From a virus: a stretch of DNA of 45,931 bases. Within the stretch, counting starts at the first letter, position 1. Each line of letters begins with the position of its first letter. The notes beneath the pieces are model-generated. The model did no database searches and was not told the DNA's origin. It was given only the letters and a program-made list of their open reading frames with translations. Both the position numbers and the translations under genes were made by a program. Shown here piece after piece: positions 25,387-32,389 of this stretch. The DNA lies in IMG/VR virus record IMGVR_UViG_3300009610_000019, one strand, 5' to 3'.

Positions 25387-25691
25387 TGCCGCAGACCACG
25401 GAATCGGTTGACGCCGGCCGGTTTGGCCGCGGCGGCAAGGGTGTGCGCAAGGGGCCGACCTCTGCCCAGGCGCGCGTGGCGCGAGACACGAAGGCCGACG
25501 CCCAGTCGGTTGTGGACCGCGAGTTCGCGCGGACGCTCTCGCAGCACCCGCTTCTGGCGGCGGCCCTGGCGACGGCTGCGAAGTCGAAGAAGCCGGTGAC
25601 GAAAGAGCAGGCCGCGGCGCACGGGCTCACGCGGCGCGTGTTCAAGGACCTGCTCGATGGCTACAAGCGCATGCAGCGGAGGAAGCGATGA
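25386..25691 (+). CDS. hypothetical basic protein, 101 aa
   Basis: ATG overlapping the upstream TGA by 1 nt. Confidence 0.55.
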   Translation: MPQTTESVDAGRFGRGGKGVRKGPTSAQARVARDTKADAQSVVDREFARTLSQHPLLAAALATAAKSKKPVTKEQAAAHGLTRRVFKDLLDGYKRMQRRKR

Positions 25692-25966
25692 GCAGTGACA
25701 CCGAGACGATGATCGAGACTTTGACCGACATCCGGTCGCTTCTGGGGGACGCTGTCCGGCTTCTCGATCTGATTGCTTCGAGGCCGGCGGCTCCCGTTCC
25801 GTCCCAGCCCGTGGTGATCTATCCCTATCCGTACCAGCCCGCACCGCCGCCTCCCTACTGGCCTCCGTACATTTCCTGGTCCGTCACCTACCAGCCGCCG
25901 AACGTCTCGGGCTCTGGGGTCGATGGCATGGGTGGGTTTCCGCCGGCCGAGGGCGGTGCGAAATGA
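25688..25966 (+). CDS. hypothetical Pro/Tyr-rich protein, 92 aa
   Basis: ATGA-coupled. Contains YPYPYQPAPPPPYWPPY. Confidence 0.55.
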   Translation: MSSDTETMIETLTDIRSLLGDAVRLLDLIASRPAAPVPSQPVVIYPYPYQPAPPPPYWPPYISWSVTYQPPNVSGSGVDGMGGFPPAEGGAK

Positions 25967-26361
25967 CCTGGACCGACACCATCGGCATGATCGACCGGGT
26001 GATCCTGGATGCCGTGGCCCTGGAGATGGCGACCTTGGGCAAGGCGCCCTGGGGCGAGTGGGGCGAGGTGAGCGTCCGCTGTCACTGCCCGCCAGACCGC
26101 GCGGCCGTGGAGATCGTCTTGGCGTTCATGGACTCCAAGCACCCGGACTGCGCGTGTCGGTCGGCGTCTGTGGTGGCGTTCACATACCAGGAGATCCAGC
26201 GGAACGAGGACGTGCTCGACGAACTCATCCGGGCCAAGGCGCTTTTCGCCGTCATGGCGGCCTGCGACGAGTGGAACAACCACAGCATCCCGGAAGAAGC
26301 GGCGCGCCGGCACAATGAACAGGCCGACGGCCTGGCGCGGATGCTCGCGGAGGACTCCTAG
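25963..26361 (+). CDS. hypothetical protein, 132 aa
   Basis: ATGA-coupled ORF. Confidence 0.6.
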   Translation: MTWTDTIGMIDRVILDAVALEMATLGKAPWGEWGEVSVRCHCPPDRAAVEIVLAFMDSKHPDCACRSASVVAFTYQEIQRNEDVLDELIRAKALFAVMAACDEWNNHSIPEEAARRHNEQADGLARMLAEDS

Positions 26362-26368
26362 AACCAGC

Positions 26369-26402
26369 GCGGCCCGCCCTGGGTTGGAACAGGACGGGCC
26401 GC
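26369..26402 (+). promoter_or_regulatory. strong stem-loop (8 + 4 bp)
   Basis: gcggcccg c cctg ggttggaa cagg a cgggccgc, directly after the stop of 25963..26361. No U-tract. Confidence 0.4.
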
Positions 26403-26479
26403 TACCGGGAGATCGGAGGGCAACTTCGGGGGCGCCCTGCGACTGCCTGCACCCTATCAACCACCGGCCGGGAGTGTCA

Positions 26480-26761
26480 ATGACCGACTCCACATGCCAC
26501 GTCTGCCAGCACCACAAAGCCGCCCACGACCGCAGAGGCTGTACCTTCACCGTCGTCGGTCCCAAAGACGCCACCGAATGCCCCTGCACCCAGCCCTACG
26601 ACTTCGCCATGCCGGCACCGCTCCTGCCACCCGAGAAACCAAAGCCGGTCAAGAAGCGCCGCGGACAACCCATCCCACCGCCGCCACCCCCCAGAGGCTC
26701 CAAGCAGCGCCAGTACATGACCGGCAAGTTCGACCGCCAGCACCGAAAGGACTGGGAATGA
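26480..26761 (+). CDS. Cys/His mini-protein with a basic Pro-rich tail, 93 aa
   Basis: ATG after GGGAG. The CHVCQHHKAAH...C...CPC motif resembles that of 37128..37304. Confidence 0.55.
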   Translation: MTDSTCHVCQHHKAAHDRRGCTFTVVGPKDATECPCTQPYDFAMPAPLLPPEKPKPVKKRRGQPIPPPPPPRGSKQRQYMTGKFDRQHRKDWE

Positions 26762-27482
26762 CCAGGAACAGCCGAACACCTCGAACACCGCCACACCGCC
26801 AGGTTTACATAACACAGCACCGCAAGTGTTCAGTACTCCACCACCACCCGATGTCACTCACAGGTTTACATAATCCGTCACAAAAGTAGACGCACGTCTA
26901 CCAACGCAAATTATGCAGCCGTAACTCCCCATCGAATATACTGGGTTGACATGCTGTAAGGCGACCCTGTAGAGTTCCAAGCCACCTCCTCCAGAGCCAC
27001 ATGCACCTCCCCATCCGTATGCCCTCAAAAGCTCTCACCGTAGACAGCGACTCCTACTCAATATCCGGTTCAAATCTTCTCCCAAGACAGCCGAAGGGGA
27101 ACCGAGTCTCCCTCCGGTCGCTCTGGCCCGCTACTTGTACACCGCACCAAAATCTGCGGAGACGGGCTGTCCCACTTGCCGGCGCACCCAACTCAGGGTC
27201 AGCGCGGAGGTAAGCCGCTCACGGTCGCCCTGGTGCTGGTGTGTGCAGCGACCGAAGGGGAGCCCTGACAGCGGCCTCTCGATTCATGCTGGAATGGCAG
27301 GACGAGGCGCTCAGGCCCTTCTGCCGCGGGATTGGTGGTTGCGTAGTGGCAGGAAGGCCGGGCGGGTCGGGAGGTCTATGGGGGATAGGCGGCTCCCTGG
27401 CGGTCGTTGGACCGGGTCAAGCGAACGGCCCCCGGAGGCGATCCGGAGGCCGTGGAGGGGCGGGCAGTTATGGGGGAGGCGT
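26762..27482. other. 720-bp noncoding island between convergent operons (candidate ori, ncRNA or regulatory region)
   Basis: No ORF here matches the codon bias of the genome. Direct repeats CAGGTTTACATAA at 26800 and 26861. GAACACC x2 plus ACACC at 26774-26797. 16-bp palindrome GTAGACGCACGTCTAC at 26886-26901. The plus strand is C-rich in the left half and G-rich in the right half. Confidence 0.6.
26946..26975 (+). promoter_or_regulatory. sigma-70-like promoter TTGACA-N18-TAGAGT pointing into the noncoding island
   Basis: Hexamers at 26946-26951 and 26970-26975, preceded by the locally AT-richer tract aaattatgcagccgtaactccccatcgaatatactggg. Confidence 0.45.
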
Positions 27483-27644
27483 CTACCGCCAGTCCTGCCC
27501 GAAGGCGGGCCAGGGGCGGCCTTCGTGCGGCTGGCCGTTTGCCGGGTGCTCGACGCGGTGAACGTCGAGCACCTTGCGGTAGGCGTCAACGGCCACGTCG
27601 GCGGACACGTCGGGGCCGTCTCGAAACACGCCGCGCGGGATCAT
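27483..27644 (-). CDS. hypothetical protein, 53 aa
   Basis: ATGA overlap with the stop of 27641..27922. High GC3. Below the size limit of the ORF track in this phase. Confidence 0.5.
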   Translation of the reverse strand: MIPRGVFRDGPDVSADVAVDAYRKVLDVHRVEHPANGQPHEGRPWPAFGQDWR

Positions 27645-27922
27645 GCTGCACCGCCGGGGAAGTCGAACGCCGCGACGTGCGGCAACGCCCGGCATGGGGC
27701 GCTGTCGTTGTGGTTCTGCTCGCGGTACTCCGGCTTGCCGTGCGCCGCCGTCCAGGCCGCGACGAATGCCGGCGCGTCGCAATCTTCCTCAAGGTAGACC
27801 GTCCGGCCGTCCCGGCTCCGGAACGAGTACCGCGTCACCGCGACGCCCACCGCGCGCACGTCCGCCGCCGGCACTTCGAGCCACCCGTGTCCGGGGTCCG
27901 TGTGGAAGGTGTACGTTGTCAT
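27641..27922 (-). CDS. hypothetical protein, 93 aa
   Basis: Begins MTTYTFHTDPGHGWLEVP. ATGA-coupled. Confidence 0.65.
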   Translation of the reverse strand: MTTYTFHTDPGHGWLEVPAADVRAVGVAVTRYSFRSRDGRTVYLEEDCDAPAFVAAWTAAHGKPEYREQNHNDSAPCRALPHVAAFDFPGGAA

Positions 27923-28335
27923 GCCGTCACCCCCGCCGCGTCCGTCTGCGCCACGTCAAAAACCGTCACCGGAACGAAGCGCGGCCGGCCGTCCGGTCCG
28001 TCCGTGATGCTTTGCAGCTCGCCGTCAGCATCCCGCTTGCCGGCCGGCGCCCACACCATCAACCCGCGCTCCCCCTTGCGCACCGCGCGCCCGGCCTTGC
28101 GCCACTGGTGAAACCCGCCCAGGATGGTAGCGTCCGGGCGCTGCATGTACACGAGACACGAATTGTGGACCGACAACCCGCGCCCCGTCACCATCACCGC
28201 GCCGGCCATCTTGCCAGCCAGCGCCGCGCGTTCCTCGTCAGGCATCGCGCCGATTTTCTTGGCGATCTCGTAGAACCGTTGCCGGCGCTCGGCCGCGGCG
28301 GCCTGCTGCTCCGGTGTCGCCTGCTTGCGTCCCAT
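27919..28335 (-). CDS. ArdC-N-terminal-like ssDNA-binding protein, 138 aa
   Basis: SVHNSCLVYMQ...GGFHQWRKAGRAVRKGERGLMVWAP matches the S..N..L....F.QW...G..V.KGE pattern of the ArdC/DUF1738 N-domain. Confidence 0.5.
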   Translation of the reverse strand: MGRKQATPEQQAAAAERRQRFYEIAKKIGAMPDEERAALAGKMAGAVMVTGRGLSVHNSCLVYMQRPDATILGGFHQWRKAGRAVRKGERGLMVWAPAGKRDADGELQSITDGPDGRPRFVPVTVFDVAQTDAAGVTA

Positions 28336-28356
28336 GTTCCAGTCCTCCCGGTTGCG

Positions 28357-28389
28357 AAAAAGGCGCCGGAGCCACCTGACCCCGACGCC
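28357..28389 (-). terminator. intrinsic-terminator-like hairpin plus T5, overlapping the start site of the promoter at 28393..28422
   Basis: 8-bp stem including one G-U pair (28382-28389 / 28362-28369) and a 12-nt loop, then TTTTT on the minus strand, then RBS GGGAGG. Confidence 0.5.
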
Positions 28390-28392
28390 CTT

Positions 28393-28422
28393 ACCTTACA
28401 GCACGTTGGGTGCCGCTGTCAA
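28393..28422 (-). promoter_or_regulatory. promoter TTGACA-N18-TAAGGT
   Basis: The minus strand reads TTGACAGCGGCACCCAACGTGCTGTAAGGT, which is 23/30 identical to the element at 29702..29731. Confidence 0.55.
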
Positions 28423-28895
28423 TCCGTGTCGAATGTTTTGTCGAATGCCGGCTCGCGGAACGGCACACCCTGGAACGAGCACGCCGCCTGCCCCGCGGCG
28501 ATCTCGGCCGCGTCGCGCGCCTCTTGCGCCTCGCGCAACTTGCGTTCCGCCTCTTGCAGCTCGCTCGCGTGATACGACACCCACGCCGCGCGCCAATCCG
28601 CTTCCGTGAGCGCCGCTAACGCCACGTCGAACGCCGCCCGCACCGCGGCCAGCGCCTTGGACGTTGCAGCCCCGCCGCCCTCGCGCCGGCAGTAGAGCCC
28701 CGTCGAATAGCACCCGCCGCGCGCCATGTTCCCCGGCTTCCAACCGGCGCTTGCCGATTCGTACCGCACGCCGTTGACCGTGAACGCTTCCAGGTACGTC
28801 CCGCATGACGCCGCAATCGGCGCCCCGTTCCATTCCGCGGACTTGTGGTATTGCGGCTCAACCCGCACCGGCCCGAGCACGGTTGCCGCCATCAT
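28419..28895 (-). CDS. hypothetical protein, 158 aa
   Basis: ATG 28895 in an ATGA overlap. C-terminal coiled-coil-like ELQEAERKLREAQEARDAAE. Confidence 0.6.
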   Translation of the reverse strand: MMAATVLGPVRVEPQYHKSAEWNGAPIAASCGTYLEAFTVNGVRYESASAGWKPGNMARGGCYSTGLYCRREGGGAATSKALAAVRAAFDVALAALTEADWRAAWVSYHASELQEAERKLREAQEARDAAEIAAGQAACSFQGVPFREPAFDKTFDTD

Positions 28896-29179
28896 GGCTT
28901 GCCCCCTTCCGCCTTCTCGATTGCGGCGCAACAATCCTCCACAACTTCTAATACTTCCTCAATCGTTAAATCGCCGGGAGTTTCCAGTGCCGCAAGTGCC
29001 AACTTGAGAGCCGCCAGCATCTCCGGCGCCGCTGCGATGAGGCGGGCGTTTGCGTCCAGCTCGCAAATGTGCTCCGGGTTCCAGTCGTGTGCCTTGACGA
29101 TCATGAAACGCCCGTCTGAAGTCATGACACAGCGCCCCGCTTCGAGTGTCCACGGCCCCGGCGTGTGCTGCGATTTCAT
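28892..29179 (-). CDS. hypothetical protein, 95 aa (TPGPW...ANARLIAAAPEML type)
   Basis: ATGA-coupled. This motif combination recurs in many uncharacterised phage proteins. Confidence 0.6.
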   Translation of the reverse strand: MKSQHTPGPWTLEAGRCVMTSDGRFMIVKAHDWNPEHICELDANARLIAAAPEMLAALKLALAALETPGDLTIEEVLEVVEDCCAAIEKAEGGKP

Positions 29180-29652
29180 GGCTGCACCCCCGCGCCGGCC
29201 GCCCACTTCGAGAATCCGCCCGCGTCCTGGAGCTTGCGCACCAACCCGCGGCGCCGCTCGTCGAATTGCTCGCGCGTCGTGTACGTCGCCCACCACTCCC
29301 CGCCGGCCTTGGTGTAGAAGGCGTAGACCGTGCGCCCCTGGGCATCGTCGCTGTTCGGCTCACCGATGGCAAAGCCATGCGGCACATACAGCGGCGGCAG
29401 CACGTTTAGCGCATAGTCCGATTGCTCCTCGGTGACGTGCAGCCACACGAACCGGCCGGCCTTGAGATGTTCGGCCATCCGGTCGAACGGCCAACCATCG
29501 CACAGCGCCAGCGTTTCGCGTTCCGCATACCGCCGCGCGTGGATAGCGGCGAAGTCGATCACTTGCCCCGTGCCCTCGCACGTCGGGCAGTTGTCCCGTT
29601 GCACGCCGCGCTTGCACGAGCACGCCGCGCCTGTTTTCGGTGTGTACGTCAT
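29176..29652 (-). CDS. hypothetical protein with a DnaJ-type CxxCxGxG zinc knuckle, 158 aa
   Basis: ATG 29652 after GGGAGA. Contains CSCKRG...CPTCEGTGQ. Confidence 0.6.
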   Translation of the reverse strand: MTYTPKTGAACSCKRGVQRDNCPTCEGTGQVIDFAAIHARRYAERETLALCDGWPFDRMAEHLKAGRFVWLHVTEEQSDYALNVLPPLYVPHGFAIGEPNSDDAQGRTVYAFYTKAGGEWWATYTTREQFDERRRGLVRKLQDAGGFSKWAAGAGVQP

Positions 29653-29701
29653 GTGCCGATCTCCCGGTATCGCGTGGCGTCCATTCGCCCCGCCTGTTGC
29701 C

Positions 29702-29731
29702 ATCTTACAGCACGGACGGTGCCAGCGTCAA
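29702..29731 (-). promoter_or_regulatory. promoter TTGACG-N18-TAAGAT
   Basis: The minus strand reads TTGACGCTGGCACCGTCCGTGCTGTAAGAT, about 45 nt upstream of the ATG at 29652. Confidence 0.55.
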
Positions 29732-29736
29732 CCACC

Positions 29737-29768
29737 AAAAGCAAACGGCCCCCGGTGGTCCAGGGGCC
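29737..29768 (-). terminator. rho-independent terminator
   Basis: 9-bp GC stem with one mismatch (29747-29755 / 29760-29768) and a 4-nt loop, followed on the minus strand by GTTTGCTTTTGG. Confidence 0.6.
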
Positions 29769-29796
29769 GCTGCTCAGGTAGAGCGCCGGGAGACGC

Positions 29797-29961
29797 CTAC
29801 CAAGGAACCCCGCCGGCCGGCGCCGTGAGCGCGAACGCCAGCGAGAGCACCAAGTACCCGAACGCCACGCACCCAAGGAACGCCAACACCCCGAGCACCG
29901 GGAACGGGCGCCGAGGGCGCAACGGGCGCAGCTCTTGGTAGAACATCGGCCGGCGGTTCAT
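29797..29961 (-). CDS. small membrane protein, 54 aa
   Basis: ATGA overlap with the upstream stop. Sequence MNRRPMFYQELRPLRPRRPFPVLGVLAFLGCVAFGYLVLSLAFALTAPAGGVPW. Not in the track (under 60 aa). Confidence 0.55.
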   Translation of the reverse strand: MNRRPMFYQELRPLRPRRPFPVLGVLAFLGCVAFGYLVLSLAFALTAPAGGVPW

Positions 29962-30197
29962 GGCTGCACCGGCTTCCGCAGAATCCAGGCCCCGCGCTTC
30001 TGCATGCGAGTGCAGCAGTCAACCGCGTCCTGGAACGAGTCCCAACCACAATAGCCCTCGCGGTTCTTGAAGGTTTCCGCCCACGTCTCCAGCTTGGTCC
30101 AAGTAGGACCGGACAGAACAAAGGCGTCAAGCTCGTCGCCACGCCGCACACATACCGCCAGATGTTTCAATTCCAACCTCCCGGTTGATTCGATCAC
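29958..30197 (-). CDS. hypothetical protein (79 aa as in the track; more likely 70 aa from TTG 30170 after GGGAGG)
   Basis: The ORF has RBS GGGAGG 6 nt upstream of TTG 30170. The promoter-like element lies at 30204..30233. Confidence 0.55.
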   Translation of the reverse strand: MIESTGRLELKHLAVCVRRGDELDAFVLSGPTWTKLETWAETFKNREGYCGWDSFQDAVDCCTRMQKRGAWILRKPVQP

Positions 30198-30203
30198 GCA
30201 GCC

Positions 30204-30233
30204 ACCTTACCACACACTATTCGCTCTTGTCAA
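30204..30233 (-). promoter_or_regulatory. promoter TTGACA-N18-TAAGGT
   Basis: The minus strand reads TTGACAAGAGCGAATAGTGTGTGGTAAGGT. Confidence 0.45.
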
Positions 30234-30360
30234 GCATCTCGCGCATCCATCCTAGCGCCCAGTTCACTTGACCAACCCAACACGCCAAGCACCACCACGC
30301 CCCGTGCTCCCATCGGGCGACGTGTTCCCGGCTCTTGCACTTCTCGCACACAGGCGCCAA
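30217..30360 (-). CDS. zinc-ribbon mini-protein, 47 aa
   Basis: TTG 1 nt after the upstream TGA. CEKC...WWCLACW, paralogous in pattern to 30362..30619. Not in the track. Confidence 0.4.
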   Translation of the reverse strand: MAPVCEKCKSREHVARWEHGAWWCLACWVGQVNWALGWMREMLDKSE

Positions 30361-30361
30361 C

Positions 30362-30619
30362 TCAGCCCCGCCACGCTTCCCCATCGTCCTGCGCCTCCCG
30401 GCTCGTGTCCGCGGCCGGCAGCATCCGCGCCGCCTCAGCCGCCAATAGACACAGCATCCAGCATGCCACGCACCACGGCGCCGCCTCCACGCCGGCCACC
30501 TTCCACAGGTGCAACGAGTTCACGGTATCACCGCAGCCGCGGCACGTCCCCCAGACCTTCCAGCCGGTTTTGCGATGCGTTTTCGGTGAGAAGATCCTGA
30601 CCAGTGTTGCGCGTCTCAC
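30362..30619 (-). CDS. zinc-ribbon mini-protein, ~85 aa
   Basis: CRGC...PWCVACW motif. GTG 30619 lies 5 nt after GGAAGGGG. The track start at 30736 overlaps the HNH gene. Confidence 0.45.
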   Translation of the reverse strand: MRRATLVRIFSPKTHRKTGWKVWGTCRGCGDTVNSLHLWKVAGVEAAPWCVACWMLCLLAAEAARMLPAADTSREAQDDGEAWRG

Positions 30620-30687
30620 GGCCACCCCTTCCGTCCCCGCCCAGAAGAATGCTCGCAGAAACCACCACCACCGCACAGCCCCACCCC

Positions 30688-31044
30688 CTACAAGTACAGC
30701 CGCCGCACATCCGCCTTCGTCAGCGTCACGCGACACAGCCCCGGATTCGCAGTCCCGCGCCGCCGCCGGTCCCGCTGGTTGTCGGCCGGCGTGCCGACGT
30801 ACAGGTGCGCAGGCTCAATACACGCCGGCACGTCGCACCGATGACACGCGAGTTCCGTGCGCCGCAGCGCGCGCCCTATCCGCGATTCGAGCGCCAGCCG
30901 ATGCACCCCGACGTACCGCTCGCCTATGTGCGCCTTTGGGTATCCGCCCTTGCTGGTTGCCCCCGTCCAGATCCGACACGGCTTGCCCATGCACTCCACG
31001 AGCATGCTCGCCTCGGCCCGCTCAAACATCTCCTCGACCGTCAC
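30688..31044 (-). CDS. HNH endonuclease, 118 aa
   Basis: CRIWTGATSKGGYPKA...VGVHRLA...CHRCDVPACIEPAHLYVGTPADN matches the HNH_3-type pattern. Confidence 0.75.
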   Translation of the reverse strand: MTVEEMFERAEASMLVECMGKPCRIWTGATSKGGYPKAHIGERYVGVHRLALESRIGRALRRTELACHRCDVPACIEPAHLYVGTPADNQRDRRRRGTANPGLCRVTLTKADVRRLYL

Positions 31045-31277
31045 GCCCCGTCCTCCTCTGCTTGCGAGCAGTAGCCGGCATGGCCGGCGTGCTCTGGTTC
31101 AATGGCCTCGCACTCTGGACACTTCGCGGGGAACACCGTCGCCCCGTGCCAATCGCACGTCATGTGGCCGGCACAGCAGCCGCGCCCGCAGTCGATAGAC
31201 CCGCCGAACCCCTGGCCGTAGCACTCATGCGTCGGCGGTGAGCCGCAGAAGCACGCCGGGATTGGTCCGAAGGTCAC
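31041..31277 (-). CDS. Cys-rich protein, ~78 aa
   Basis: GTGA overlaps at both ends. About 12 Cys and several His residues. Confidence 0.5.
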   Translation of the reverse strand: MTFGPIPACFCGSPPTHECYGQGFGGSIDCGRGCCAGHMTCDWHGATVFPAKCPECEAIEPEHAGHAGYCSQAEEDGA

Positions 31278-31465
31278 GGCTTCCCCTCCGATCCCCGCCC
31301 CTTGCGGGTTGAATGAATCGCACACTCCCGGTGGCCGCTGGCAGCCTTACGCCAACAGCCGCCCCATGTACAGAACTTCGCCTTGCGCTTGCGCTCGCGG
31401 TACGCCGACTGCATCCGCGCATTCATCGCGCGCACCTCCTCATCCGTCTTTATTGCTCGAACCAT
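31274..31465 (-). CDS. small basic Cys/His protein, 63 aa
   Basis: ATG start. Contains FCTWGGCWRKAASGHRECAIH. Confidence 0.5.
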   Translation of the reverse strand: MVRAIKTDEEVRAMNARMQSAYRERKRKAKFCTWGGCWRKAASGHRECAIHSTRKGRGSEGKP

Positions 31466-31826
31466 CCTTCACCCCCGAAACCCCAACGATGAACCGCTTG
31501 CCGCGCCCGACCCAGGTGATGTCCAAGTGCCGGAGCACGACCACCGAATCTCCCTTGAACGCCGCACCAGTGAGCCCGTCTAGAACCGACTTCGCGTAGT
31601 TGTCCAAGTCGCCACGCATCGGCGCCCAGAGCCGAATCGTCACGGTGTAGGTGTCGAACGCCTCTAAGCACTCGAAGCCGTGCGTCCGATACCAGTCATC
31701 CGCCACTCGCTGTTTCCAGCCCTGGTACGCCTCGTCGCGTACAGCGTGGCCCTGCATGATCCGCGGCCTGGGCGCCGGCACACAGGCGTACTCGAACTGC
31801 TTGGTGTACGTCTTGGGCACGATCAT
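31440..31826 (-). CDS. rusA: RusA-family Holliday junction resolvase, 128 aa
   Basis: RGDLDNYAKSVLDGLTGAAFKGDSVVV matches the DxDN..K...D.L......DD motif of RusA. Confidence 0.75.
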   Translation of the reverse strand: MIVPKTYTKQFEYACVPAPRPRIMQGHAVRDEAYQGWKQRVADDWYRTHGFECLEAFDTYTVTIRLWAPMRGDLDNYAKSVLDGLTGAAFKGDSVVVLRHLDITWVGRGKRFIVGVSGVKDGSSNKDG

Positions 31827-32389
31827 GCCAGCAGCCCCTTGATCTGGTACTCCACCAGCTTGTCCGGATTCACCATGATTTTCGTGAACGGCTCATCCTT
31901 GAGACGCGCAATCGGCCGGCCGTCCTCCGTCTTGGGTTCCAGCCCAGCCTCCAGCGCCATCCGGATCATGTCCGTGTCCTGGTGAATCTCCCTCACCTCG
32001 CGCGTGTACTGCGCCGGCAGGTCGCTCACCGGCACCAGCAACTCCACGCCACCACGCGCCGCCTGCCAGTACGCCGTGAACAGACCATCATCGGCCTCGA
32101 CCTTGCGCACGCCCTTCTTCGTCGGCGTCACCTTCTCCAGCATCTTCGTCACCTGCGGGCGCAAGGCGTCCACGCGGTCTTGCTTGAACGCGAGCACGAT
32201 CTTGGCCTCCTTCAAGAGCGCATCGAGTTCTTTGATGCGCTGCTCCTGGAGCACGATAGCCAGCACCGCGTCCTGCACCTCGGCAACGGTGAGTTCCTGA
32301 ATCTCGGCCTCTTGCTCTGGCGACATGACGCGGCCGGCCTCGGCCTCGCGCATGATCTCCAGAATGCGGTTATCAGAACGGAAGGTCAT
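31823..32389 (-). CDS. Gp157-like protein associated with annealing proteins, 188 aa
   Basis: Coiled-coil N-terminal half and a position directly after the annealing protein. Weak similarity call. Confidence 0.4.
   Translation of the reverse strand: MTFRSDNRILEIMREAEAGRVMSPEQEAEIQELTVAEVQDAVLAIVLQEQRIKELDALLKEAKIVLAFKQDRVDALRPQVTKMLEKVTPTKKGVRKVEADDGLFTAYWQAARGGVELLVPVSDLPAQYTREVREIHQDTDMIRMALEAGLEPKTEDGRPIARLKDEPFTKIMVNPDKLVEYQIKGLLA

Noticed and set aside
27060-27085. tRNA-like T-loop sequence ccggttcaaatcttctcc
   Set aside because: The flanking bases cannot form a T-stem or an acceptor stem. I could build no cloverleaf on either strand, and saw no other GGTTCGAATCC-type motif in the genome.
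27001-27213. 70-aa ORF downstream of the promoter in the noncoding island
   Set aside because: It has no Shine-Dalgarno sequence (the leader is CCTCC-rich, i.e. anti-SD-like). Its third-position GC is clearly lower than in the neighbouring genes, and its sequence is low-complexity. It is treated as noncoding.
26762-27482. attP / integration module
   Set aside because: No integrase or excisionase gene is recognisable anywhere in the genome, and the region does not contain a tRNA-like core sequence.
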